64,000 nt of DNA, from positions 19,158,001 through 19,222,000 of the forward strand of contig NC_043017.1 of NCBI RefSeq assembly GCF_006345805.1, written 5' to 3'. The notes beneath the pieces were generated by a model. The model did no database searches, was not told where the DNA came from, and saw only the letters and a list, made by a program, of their open reading frames with translations. Origin of the DNA: Octopus sinensis. Lineage: Eukaryota. A program made the translations under genes and the position numbers. Below, piece after piece: positions 51,300-62,525 of this stretch. Each line of letters starts with the position of its first letter. The first letter of the stretch is position 1.

Positions 51300-52060
51300 A
51301 GTAGCAGCCCTGGCTGCCTCTGGTGCAGCTTTGATGGTCAGTCATAAGACATCTTTCGACATAAATTGGTGTCCATCGGCATAAACATCTTGCTTAATGA
51401 TGGACCAAAGATTTTCTATAGGGTTAAGATTTGGAGATACTGGTGGCCACACTATCAATCTTTCACCTTGTATGCCATAAAACCCTAGGAATGTTTGGGT
51501 GGTCCTAACAGAATGGGAGGAAATGTTGTCATGCATGAATACAAGGTTCCTTAGAGGTGACAGCCAGGGATCCAAGACTTACTTCAGGAGATTGCAGTAG
51601 GTAGCCGTGGCCTCTTTGATCCCTTCAGGCACCCTGACTGGGTCAACAAGTCTATCCCCAATGATACCAGCCCACAACATGACTCCTCTACCCTGTTGTT
51701 AACTTTGTAAATGTTGGTGATGCACATCTCCAAAATAGATCCAACCATTTTCCCACTGTTAGGCCCATCAAGGGTTGCCCTGGTTTCGTCAGTCAACAGA
51801 ACACAACTCATGTCTAACGTCATGTACTTTTGGGCCCATAGAAGCCTCAAACTCCTGTGACAGGGCATTAAAGGAAGCAGTTTCAAGGGTTCTTACAAGG
51901 AAGCCATGGTCCTGAGGATTCGATTTCTGGTGGTTTTCAGTACATGAGGAAATCCAGAGGTGGTGAAAATGGCTTTGCTTGTTTGTCTAGGTTTCCCAAA
52001 ATAATTTTTGGCCAATATTCCTTAAATCCCTAGCTGACACATTAAGTTTTGTCAGTGAAC
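51300..52060 (-). mobile_element. Tc1-like DDE transposase relic, frameshifted
   Basis: VLLTDETRATLDGP (D1), FMHDNISSH (D2) and WPPVSPNLNPIENLWSIIK (E), in different frames. Confidence 0.85.
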
Positions 52061-52551
52061 AGGTCATGGTTTCAAAGTGACGAAAATATTTTGACACAAA
52101 TTAAGTTTAAATGTTGAAGTGAAACTAATGGTTTTTGTGTGTTCTTAAATGGCTTGCAAACATCTACTGCAATTGTTTTTGCTTATACATATATATATAT
52201 ATAAACACACACACACATACATGTATATAAGTCCTCCACAGCAGAAGTGCTAAAGCCACTCAACACCCCCTGGAGAAGAGGATTGGCCTGTAAGAGTCCT
52301 GTGCCGGTGCCATGTGAAAAGCATTCATGCTGGTGCTGTGTTAAAAGCACCCAGTACACACTGTGAAGTGGTTGGTGTTAGCAAGGGCATCCAGTTCCAG
52401 TTGTAGAAACTATGCCAAATCAGACTGGGACTTTGTGCAGATCTCCAGTTTGCCAGCTCTGGTCAAACCATCCAACCAATGCCATCATGGACAACACATG
52501 TTAGATGATGATGATAATTATTTAGAATAATTACTATATTTGCAGACTTAC

Positions 52552-52749
52552 ATCATAAAAGTAATCTAAGCACATGGCAACTTCTAAACTTCCGATCCAC
52601 TGCTTCGATCCAAGAAAACTCGCAGGTTTATCTCCCATCTCTACTAATGCTTCTTGGATTTCTTTGATGCTTGGAACAGCTCGACTCGATTTCTGGTGAG
52701 TAACCCAAGAACACAGAGACTGGAGTGTCCGATAGCCACATCCCCATCC
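52552..52749 (-). CDS. UFSP1: UFSP1 coding exon 2 (catalytic Cys box)
   Basis: TTTCAG acceptor and GTAAGT donor. [15 protein letters not shown]...[29 protein letters not shown]. Confidence 0.95.
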
Positions 52750-52766
52750 CTGAAATAGAAATATTT

Positions 52767-52928
52767 TTGGCGTTAGGAAGGGCATTGGCGTTAGGAAGGG
52801 CATCCAGCCGTAGAAACACTGCCAGATTTGACTGGGCCTGATGAAGCCTTCTGGCTTCACAGACCCCAGTAGAACCGTCCAACCCATGCTAGCATGGAAA
52901 ACGGACGCTAAACGATGATGATGATGAT
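52767..52928 (+). mobile_element. VNTR-family retroposon 3' body abutting the UFSP1 exon 2 acceptor
   Basis: 18-bp tandem duplication TTGGCGTTAGGAAGGGCA x2, followed by body, palindrome and (GAT)n tail. Confidence 0.88.
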
Positions 52929-53185
52929 ATGATGAAAGGAATGCAACCTGAATATTTTGGAAGATGAAATTTGTTCCAATATACGAACACATTTTCCACC
53001 ATTTAACTTCTTTGTTACCGTAATCTTTTTGAAATACACTGCATTTGTTTTAATTAATTTTGAAAATTATGATGAATTTAGTAAAAATAATTAACATTAT
53101 TAAGTTGGTTTATGAAACATAAATTAACATGAAATTCTGATGAAAGTTTTTAATTTAAATCACTTTACAACAGGAAGTCCGCATC

Positions 53186-53590
53186 AGGAGTGGCTGTGTA
53201 GTAAGTAGCTTGTTAACCAACCACATGGTTCCGGGTTCAGTCCCACTGCGTGGCATCTTGGGCAAGTGTCTTCTGCTATAGCCCCGGGCCGACCAATGCC
53301 TTGTGAGTGGATTTGGTAGACGGAAACTGAAAGAAGCCTGTCGTATATATGTATATATATATAAGTGTGTGTGTATATGTTTGTGTGTCTGTTTGTCCCC
53401 CTAGCATTGCTTGACAACCGATGCTGGTGTGTTTACGTCCCTGTCACTTAGCGGTTCGGCAAAAGAGACCGCTAGAATAAGTACTGGGCTTACAAACAAT
53501 AAGTCCCAGGGTCGATTTGCTCGACTAAAGGCGGTGCTCCAGCATGGCTGCAGTCAAATGACTGAAACAAGTAAAAGAGTAAAAGAGAGT
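53186..53590 (+). mobile_element. SINE family A
   Basis: Near-consensus copy in UFSP1 intron 1. Confidence 0.88.
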
Positions 53591-53748
53591 ATCATAGAAC
53601 CGGGGGCAGTCTCTTACCACACAGCTATACTTGCACTCATTTTCTGAGTTCTATTTTTCCTGTTTGCATCCCCCAAACCTAACCACAACATTAGAGTTTC
53701 TTGTAACAACTTTTGTAAGAGATCAACCAAAACTACAACAATACTTAC

Positions 53749-53859
53749 TGTGTCATTAACACCATCACAGCCATAATGATAATACTGATAGTCTCCCTTC
53801 ACTAGGACAGCGTTCTGTTCAGGTCTGTCGAGGTGGCAGTGAACATTTGTCAGTAACAT
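53749..53859 (-). CDS. UFSP1: UFSP1 coding exon 1 (probable acceptor at 53884/53883, so an upstream UTR exon is likely)
   Basis: MLLTNVHCHLDRPEQNAVLVKGDYQYYHYGCDGVNDT followed by GTAAGT. YHYGCDG is characteristic of UFSP1 rather than UFSP2. Confidence 0.88.
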
Positions 53860-55410
53860 CAGATTGGTTTGCTGATTAGAAAACTGGAAGCATAGAGGCA
53901 GAATAAATAAGCTTCAACAAAGATCTAATGGAAAATGACAAATCAAAATTATTTAATGAGTTAATATACATTTGTATCACTGGTTCTATGTAAAAAGTAT
54001 GCAGTACATTCTCTAAAGTGCTTGGCATTAGGAAGGGCATCCAGCTGTGGAAACCATGCCACAACAGGCAACTGGAGACCAGTGCAGCCCTCTGGCTTGC
54101 CAACTGCTGTCAATCTGTGCAGCTCATGCCAGCATGGAAAATGGATGTTAAATGATAATGATGACTATGATGATGATGATATTAAAAAAATAAAAGAAAG
54201 CAAAAAAAAAAAATCAACCATCCATGGTTCCTGATACTAATGAATTTTTTCTCCCCTTCTCTGCTCTTTATAAATTGTTTCTAATTTAGACACAAGGCCA
54301 GCAATTCTGAAAGAAGGCAAAGTTGTCCATATCATTGACTCTAGTACTTGATTGGTACTTTATTTTATTGACCCCACAAATGTGGGAAAGGCAAAGCTGA
54401 CCCTAGTAAGATAACAACAACAACAACAACAACAATAAAGGTTTCAAAGGCGGCAAGTTGGCAGAAATGTTAGCACACCGGGTGAAATGCTTAATGGTGT
54501 TTCATCTGTCTTTATGTTGCGAGTTCAAATTCCACTGAGGTTGACTTTGCCTTTTATCCTTTCAGGGTCAATAAATTAAATACCTGTTGCATATTGGGGT
54601 CAATCTAATTGACTGGCCCCTCCCCTAAAATTTCGGGCCTTGTGCCTAGAGTAGAAAAGAATAATGGTTTCAAATTTTTGCACAGGGCCAGCAGTGTTAA
54701 GAGTAGGGGTAAAGTTGATTGCATCAACCCCAGTACGCAACTGGTATTTATTTCATTGACCCCCCAAAGGATGAAAGGCAAAGTCAATCCTAGTGGAATT
54801 TGAACTCAGAATGTAAAGACAGATGAAGTACAACTAAGTATTTTGTCTGTTGTGTTAACGATTTTGCCAGCTCACGATTTTAATGAATAAGAATAAAATT
54901 TGCTACCATTCTTTGCCTTGTCAAAAGTTGGAATGTAATGCAAAAGATAAATCCATTGTATGCTGGTACCAACTAGATCTTTCCCTAAATTTTAGAAGAA
55001 CAAAAGTTCCTGTCGAAATTTCAGCACCCCTAAGGGGTTATCAGAAGAGGTAAAACACTGAAGTGGAGGTGAGCCTTTATAGCAGTGGTTTTCAACCAGG
55101 GTTCCGCCAGTACAGTTCAGGGGTTCTGCAAGAAGTTACAAAAATGCTAAAATTGACAGTAATTTTTAATTCTCCTTTGCAGATATGTGTGCATAAGACA
55201 ATTAAATTATTGCACAGGGGTTCCTCGAGCCAGTGAAATGTTTTCTTGGGGGTTCCGCTCCAGCAAAAAGGTTGAAAAGCACTGCTTTATAGTAACGAAT
55301 AAACATTGTATTTTAAGACAGCTCTCTATTGTATATTGAACTAGAAAACCTTTGGGTGAGCTTGTTACTCAGCAGCACAGACCACCGCATAAACACACTA
55401 TATCTTGTAC

Positions 55411-55734
55411 ACAAAATCTCTCGTGGAGGCGCCATCCAACTAAAATGCAAATATATGGGAAATTACCACCTGTGTCATCTCTTGTGAAGGGTAGGAGAGT
55501 CCAGTTTGCTGGACATTGTTGTAGAGCTGAAAAAGAAGTAATTTCTACTCTTCTCCTCTGGAAGCCATCTACTCGCAACACCAGAGGGCGCACACTCTCC
55601 TACCCTGATGTAATCTCCAGGGATACAGGCATCCAGCAACAGGACCTCCGTAATGCTATGATGGACCGTGAAGTCTGGCGCAACATGGTAAATTCCATTG
55701 TCTCGACCACGGTCGAACAATGATGGTGATGATG
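55411..55734 (+). mobile_element. Young 5'-truncated RTE LINE 3' end
   Basis: Encodes NLSWRRHPTKMQIYGKLPP...VSTTVEQ*. 11-bp TSD ATATCTTGTAC at 55400-55410 and 55735-55745. Confidence 0.92.
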
Positions 55735-56315
55735 ATATCTTGTACTCTCTTATTTATCTCATTACAAAATAATTAAAGAAGATCATAGAAATTTGTAGCC
55801 ATATCAGTGTCATTTGGTTACTTCATGCCATTTTTATTCCTTTTGTTGTTGATTATTAACTCAAAGGCAACTTCCCTCATCATGGAACACATTTCTCCTA
55901 TCTTCAACTGAGTCCTGGGTTTTGATCCTGTGGCAAAATGCAGCTCCAATAGTGATGGTGGTGGTAATGTTGGAGGGAGCTACTAACAATTCAAAGCTGT
56001 CCTAACTACTGTGTGTTTGTGTGTCAGAACTTAGTCTAAATTACAAACTTAGCCTTACTGTGCTATATAATTCGCCATTATCTCCCCTTGATTGTCAGAA
56101 AATTACACGAAATAAAAATGAAAATTCTAAAAATAATTTTAAAAACCGTAGAGTGTGAGTCCCCAAGGATATGAAATTAATCTTTCAATAAACCTCAGGA
56201 TTATATCATCTACTACCACTCCCGGCCGGACAAATCCTTGGGAGTGAATTTGGTAAATGGAAACTAGAAAGAAGCCCGTTGTACACACACATACACATTC
56301 ATGTGTGCATTCGTG

Positions 56316-56538
56316 TAAGAGAGGTTACTGAAAAGTCCCTGGCTTTGGGTAAAAGAAAATACAAGAGGGTCAGTTAATTATGATTTTATTCAAAATAGTC
56401 CCCTCTCAGATTCTCAAACTTATTGCAGCGGTCCTTCAGTTTTTTAGGCCCTATAAAATGAACTCGGAGGGTTGGGCCTTCAACCAGGCCTTTCGCGGCA
56501 CCCTTAAAGTCAGGAACTTTTCAGCACCCCTTCGTGTA
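56316..56538. mobile_element. Mariner-type MITE
   Basis: Imperfect TIRs ...GGTTACTGAAAAGTCCCTGG and CAGGAACTTTTCAGCACCCC..., with TA-like ends. Confidence 0.6.
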
Positions 56539-56544
56539 TGAGTG

Positions 56545-57590
56545 CGAGATGTGGGAGTGAGAAAGAAACGAGGGAAGTCTTGGGATGTGTTAGAAACAAT
56601 AGCCAGGTCCCCCTTAAATCACACATTTTCCTCTGAAATTATTAACATTTTTTTAAAAACCGAAAATGTTTCTCTCGCGGCTTTTAAGTGCGTAGTGAAA
56701 AAAAAAAAAAAAAGGTGGCCAAAATCGGACCGGACTGAGGTGGTGGGAGTGAAAAAAAATCATAAATTTTCAAAATTTTTTCTTTTTTTTCGTGAAAAGA
56801 TACCTCCCGAAGACTGTTGCAAAATGAAATTGGAAAAAATCCCCGTCAAAACGGAGAAACTCCGACTTATGTGGGCCGTCTGATCCGAAACTCCTTTATC
56901 CAGAAGCTCCTTACCCCGCCTCCTTCCAAAAACTTTTGCCCACAAATTTCTTTGTAATTGTAATCTAAACTGTTTGAAAGGTATCTGTATAAAATTTCAT
57001 TAAAAAATACCCATTTTCCTGAAAGTTATGAGGTGTGTATGGGAGAAATGTCGGGTCTTGTAAATTTTCCGAAACTCCTCTCCTCAACCCCTCAAAAACC
57101 ATTTTTTCCAGCAAATCTTTACATACACTCAGTCTACAAGATCTAAGTAATTATTTGTTGAAAGCTTCGTTAAAAAGTATCCATTTTTCTGGAAGTTATG
57201 AGGCAACAAAGACGGAGTGGGGGTATACATCTGTAGTTATGCCTTAAAAGTCTGGTACTTATTTTATCAAAAGATATCCATTTTCCCGAAAGTTATGACG
57301 AAAAAAAAAAAAAAGAAAAGAAAACGGATCGTGTGAATTTTCCGAAAACATTTTCCCCAGAAATTCTTTTTATAATAGCAATTTGTGCCATTTGAATGGT
57401 ATTTCTATAAAATTTCATAAATATATATCCATTTTCCTGAAAGTTAGGAGGGAAAAATGGGATCTTGTGAAATTTCCGAAAGTCCTCATCCCCACCCGAC
57501 CCCCGTTCGTTTGCGGAAATTTTTGTTTTCTACACTTTTTTTTACACCTAGTAGGCCGGGTTTTTTTTTTGGTTTTCGCGACCGGGGCTT
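56545..57590. repeat. Unclassified ~1-kb element with a four-fold internal motif CCATTTTCCTGAAAGTTATGAGG
   Basis: Motif variants at ~57011, 57181, 57279 and 57429, most of them preceded by AAATTTCAT-like sequence. Confidence 0.5.
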
Positions 57591-57849
57591 AACCTGTATA
57601 TTGATCAAATCACTTTAGTCAAACTGCTAAGTTACATGGGCATAAACAAACCAGCACCGGTTGTCAAGCGGTGGTGGAGACAAACACACGTCATAATATA
57701 TACGATGGGTGTCTTTCAGTTTCCATCTACCAAATTTACTCGCAAGGTCTTGGTTGGCCTAGGGTTGTAGGAGAAGGCTGGGCTAAATCCGAAAGTATGT
57801 TTGCCTGAAGAAAAATATATAGTTAAGTGGATGTCAGGAAAAGAAAATC

Positions 57850-58432
57850 CTAATTTTAATGAAAACAACGTGGAAAATAGAAAGCGTCGTGAGTAAAGTG
57901 AAGGAAACGGTTTCAAGCGAGAAAAAAAGGAAGAATGAAAGAACGAAGATCTTTCGAAGACATACATACACTAATAACACATCAACGTCCGGTTATATTC
58001 CGCAGAAATTACATCAGTGTAATGAGGAAGAAGTGGGGGGATGATGAGATTTAAATCTTTTTGCTTTTTCTTTGAGAAATACGTATAAAAATTTCATTAA
58101 ATATTGTTAAAAAAATTATTAAATATATATGAATTCATTATGTTTTGTTTTTTTAATGTAAATAATATTTCGGAAGTGAGCCTAGTTATTCATTTCACTA
58201 TCACACCACCACCACAACAACAGTGAATGTATGAAGTCGGGTGGTTGCTAACCTAGACGGAAGGATCGGCCTTGGATTTGTGGCCTTGTGGGTTGTCAAT
58301 TCTTATTGTGGATCATCTTTAGGGAGAGAGGAAGGGAAAAAATATAACCATAACAAAACTAATCGCCTTTCGTGCTTCACTTGATTGAAAAAATACCAAA
58401 TATAAATATATATATATATAAAAACAGACAAA
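57850..58432. promoter_or_regulatory. Candidate shared promoter/5' UTR region of IST1 (+) and UFSP1 (-)
   Basis: Repeat-free, CpG-containing segment directly upstream of the IST1 ATG. ETS-type CGGAAGTG at 58171-58178. Confidence 0.45.
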
Positions 58433-58701
58433 ATGTTTAGGACAGGTCCTAACTATACCAAGTTGAGCACAAACCTTCGTCTGACGGTCAATCGACTCAA
58501 ATTATTGGAAAAGAAGAAAGCTGAACTTGCTCAAAAAGCCCGTCGTGAAATTGCGGACTATATTTGCAATGGTAAAGAAGACAGGGCTCGGATCCGTGTT
58601 GAACACATCATTCGGGAAGATTATTTGGTCGAAGCTATGGAACTTTTAGAGATGTACTGCGATCTATTGTTGGCCAGGTTCGGACTTATCCAAACACAAA
58701 A
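58433..58701 (+). CDS. IST1: IST1 (ESCRT-III associated factor), first coding exon; remaining exons not found in the window
   Basis: MFRTGPNYTKLSTNLRLTVNRLKLLEKKKAELAQKARREIADYICNGKEDRARIRVEHIIREDYLVEAMELLEMYCDLLLARFGLIQTQ(K), then a GTATGT donor at 58702 (phase 2). Confidence 0.96.
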
Positions 58702-59164
58702 GTATGTATATATTTCTGTGTGTATGATATATATGTATATATATTTGTGTGTGTGTGTGTGTGTAACAATACATTGCCTAATTTTTTGGTCCTTCAGCTA
58801 TTCTTAAACATTTTTATTTTCTCAACATTCGTCTTAAACTTGTGTTCCTGATGTTATTTTTATTAAACTGTACACATTATACACACACGATGTCATTATA
58901 TTGCCTGTCTGGTGGCAATATTCAACGCGAAACCGATGTTAACATCCTGACTAGTTATATATGTCACAACCTGTAACATATTGTTTGGTGAAGATAATAT
59001 GTATATATATATATGTATATATATACATATATGACTTCTCCGTTTCCTGGATTAGTTGCCGTCACAGCCGAAAACAAATCATGTATCGAGTATCTTTAAC
59101 AGCTCGCGGTTGGACACTTATCCTTCAAAACCGACTGGTAGAATCCATTATATATATATATATA

Positions 59165-59380
59165 TATTTCTTTACTACCCACAAGGGGCTAAACATAGAG
59201 GGGACAAACAAAGGGATTAAGTCGATTACATAGACCCCCCAGTGCGAAACTGGTACTTTATTTATCGACCCAGAAAGGATGAAAGGCAAAGTCGACCTCG
59301 GCGGAATTTGAACTCAGAACGTAACGGCTGACGAAATACGGCTATGCATTTCGCCCGGCGTGCTAACGTTTCTGCCAGCT
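59165..59380 (-). mobile_element. SINE family B
   Basis: Reverse-complement near-consensus copy. Confidence 0.85.
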
Positions 59381-59410
59381 CACCTATAATTTCTGGCAGG
59401 TGGGGCAACC

Positions 59411-59422
59411 ACAGTCAAGTTG

Positions 59423-59497
<75 letters not shown>

Positions 59498-59509
59498 CAA
59501 CTTGACTGT
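59411..59509. repeat. Palindrome: 14-bp unique arms around (TA)n
   Basis: ACAGTCAAGTTGCT-(TA)n-AGCAACTTGACTGT. Confidence 0.95.
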
Positions 59510-62500
59510 TCTTGTAAGGAAACTCTGTAATCTAAAATAAGAAACTTGTCTGAAACACTGGAGTACCTGTTTTTGACTTGCGGACACCTTAGTTCCATAA
59601 CATGTGTTATAAACACCACACACACATACATATCTTTTAATTTCTACAGGAAGGGGAAAGATAGGGGTTCTGTAGACCTTCCAACTATATTTCTGTAGAA
59701 TCTAACGAAAGAGGGTTGCTACCAATTTTCACTTTGTCTAAAACTGTAAACCAAACTTCATGAGCCCCCACCCCTTGGGTGTGTGTGGTGTGTATGTATA
59801 CATCTATGTTTGTGTATGTGTGTCCCCTTTTTCCTGATGAAACCACTGGTCTTTGTGAGGTATTGAACTTGCCAATTCCTACAGTCAGTTTTCACTGACC
59901 AAACAACTTGTGTTGAGTTGTTTGCGAGTGTGTGTGCATATGTATGTTTGTACACACACACACATATATATATACACACACACACCTGATGTAATGTCGT
60001 ACTTATTTTTCACACGTCCGTTTTCCTGTGTTCATTTCACACCCAAAACGTCATCGAAAACCACCACCACCCATTAAATAATTTCAAAGCAATGCAATGC
60101 TATTGTTGCTCCACTCACTTAGTTATAACAGCCAAATTTCGCTCAAATTTTAACCCCTGCTACTTTTTTTAAAGTTTCTATCTTTAAGTAAGAGTACATT
60201 GAGTATTGTAACCAGATATATTGATAGAATGAATGTAAAGCTTGAGTGTCACGGTCGGAACAGGTCTGATTACAAGCCTGTAAGTAACCATCAAACATTC
60301 AGTTGTTTAGTCTGTATTTTGATGGGACACTTTACAGTAATCTATATATGTATGTCTGTATGTATATTATATATACACATACATACATATAAGTACATAT
60401 ATGTATGTCTACAAGTGTGTGTGTTCGTATCTTTCTACTTGTAAATAAGAATTACTGCAGTGACATGACTCACATCTCGTGACCATCCCTCATATTTTGA
60501 CAATTTCCAAAATGTTGTTTTTCTTCTTCTCTGACACCTTTGAACCTTTAAAAGATCTTAAATGTCGTCGTTCGTTTTCTTGTTGCTGTGAACAATTTGT
60601 TTTAGGGACGGCTGAAAAAAAAGTTAAAAACTAGCACAAATATAACCAGCCGTCTCTTGATTATGATTTCGAATTTTACTGAAGTCAGCATCGTCTTTTA
60701 GGTGGAGTTTCTTCAAGAAGTTACGAAGAATAGAATTTATGAAAATGAAAGTTATTTACTTTTAATTTTCGGGATTGTGATCTTTTTTTCGTTTTGAATA
60801 AAAGAATTTACTTGAGCTAGAATGTTTATTCCAAACTCCTCTCTAACTTTTAATTCAGAGTGTACGGAATAAGTTTCCATTATTTTTTTTTTCGGTTATT
60901 GTTTTGCCTCAGACCAGCTCTTATCGAATTCAACTTTGACCATTCCACCTTAAAATTTTATCTATTTATTTTTAAAGCTATCTTTAGCTGCATGACAGTA
61001 GAATGTGATTCGAGGGAATTTAGCTGCTATTTTTAACAGTTCGAACGACCGATCGACCACGTAGAGGCAATGCTGTCTTTAGACATAGGCAGACTCGGTA
61101 GTACCCCACGGGTCTAAGGGTCCTGTGCTAATCTAGGTTTGGGTATGCAAGGGCCCAAGTGCATTGTTTTTACCCGGGAACTCTGTAATGTTGTTTAAAA
61201 GAGGGTTCTAAGCAGAGGCTCTTTGGAGTTTTATTTCTGTCGTACCCCAACGAAAGATAGGCGTTTACAGTTGTTAACACCCCGCCCTAGTTGATTGACA
61301 CTAAAATATAAACCAACTACATCCTTAATGAGTAACTCATAGTCTATTGATTAGCAACCGAGAAAATATTTTCTGACAAGTTAATTAGAGTGTTGATGTT
61401 GTTTAACCCTCAGATCAGTCATGATCAAAAGATGTTCCAAATTGTGACCATCCCATTTATTATTCATACCTAGTGTATCTGGAATTACCTGACGTTACAT
61501 GAAACGTGTCTTTTCCTTCTTAAGACGAAAGGGTGTGTGGGTTTTGAAAGAGATTTGACTGCTAGTTCTGGCAGGTGGGGCAACCACATTTGAGTCTAGC
61601 TCCTTGTTAGTTCGTTAAGCCTTTGCTGCTGCTATTATTGTTTTTATTTAACCATCTATCAGTATCGATTAAGCTTACATTCGATGTACAATAATCCGTC
61701 CTAACTGTCCCATTAAGGAAAAAAAAAAATGGACATCGTATACCCATGACCGGTATACGAAGTTTCAAACTGTTAAAAAATAATTTAAAAATCTGTGAGC
61801 GAAACTGAAGAAATCCTCAGTGTGTTTCCCATTTGTTTTTAAAAGACGATAGAGTTGTGTATAATTTGAAGGAGAATTATTAGGCTGCCATTTCATAGAA
61901 GCTTTCTCACATCCCTCGTTGCTTTTTGTTCGACCAGTCAATTTACTTTAGAGAGCTGTACTCTGTATATTTCTATCATCTGACACAACATATTGCAACC
62001 AACCCACTTGAGTTTTAGTTATTTATTGTAAGTAATCATGTTACTGACATTCCAGAAGTGTTCTAAATCGCGAGTATGAATCCATTAAACCCAAAACCTT
62101 TTACATCCACCCTTTACCGGCGGACGTAAAGAATATGGACCGCACCCCCTTTCGTTAGTTTCGTTATAGTAGGATGGCATGGCTGTTTGTTAATTAAACT
62201 ATTATAAGAAAGAAATTTCGATGGAGAACATTGTCGTAATTTGTCGACAAAACAGTCATTAAAAATGTTCGTAAACACCTACCCGTAACTGCACTGTTTT
62301 TTATTTTTAAAGTTTGTTTTAACCATTTGTCCTTTTTATCTTTTACTCGCAGCCAAACTGAGGCCCCACCCGAAGGGTTTAGTCAGACAAATCGACCCCT
62401 ACTTACTTTTAAGCTTAGTACTTATTCTATCAGTCACTTTTGTCGAACCTCTAAGTTACGGGGGCGTTTAATAAACCGACACCGGTTTCGATCAGTGGTA

Positions 62501-62525
62501 GGGACAAAGACACACACTCACATAC

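Noticed and set aside
52750-52992. 5' extension of the 152-aa UFSP ORF
   Set aside because: It is antisense retroposon sequence within intron 1.
55352-55410. 123-aa ORF as a host gene
   Set aside because: The sequence upstream of the TSD is flanking DNA fused in frame by chance to an RTE 3' end.
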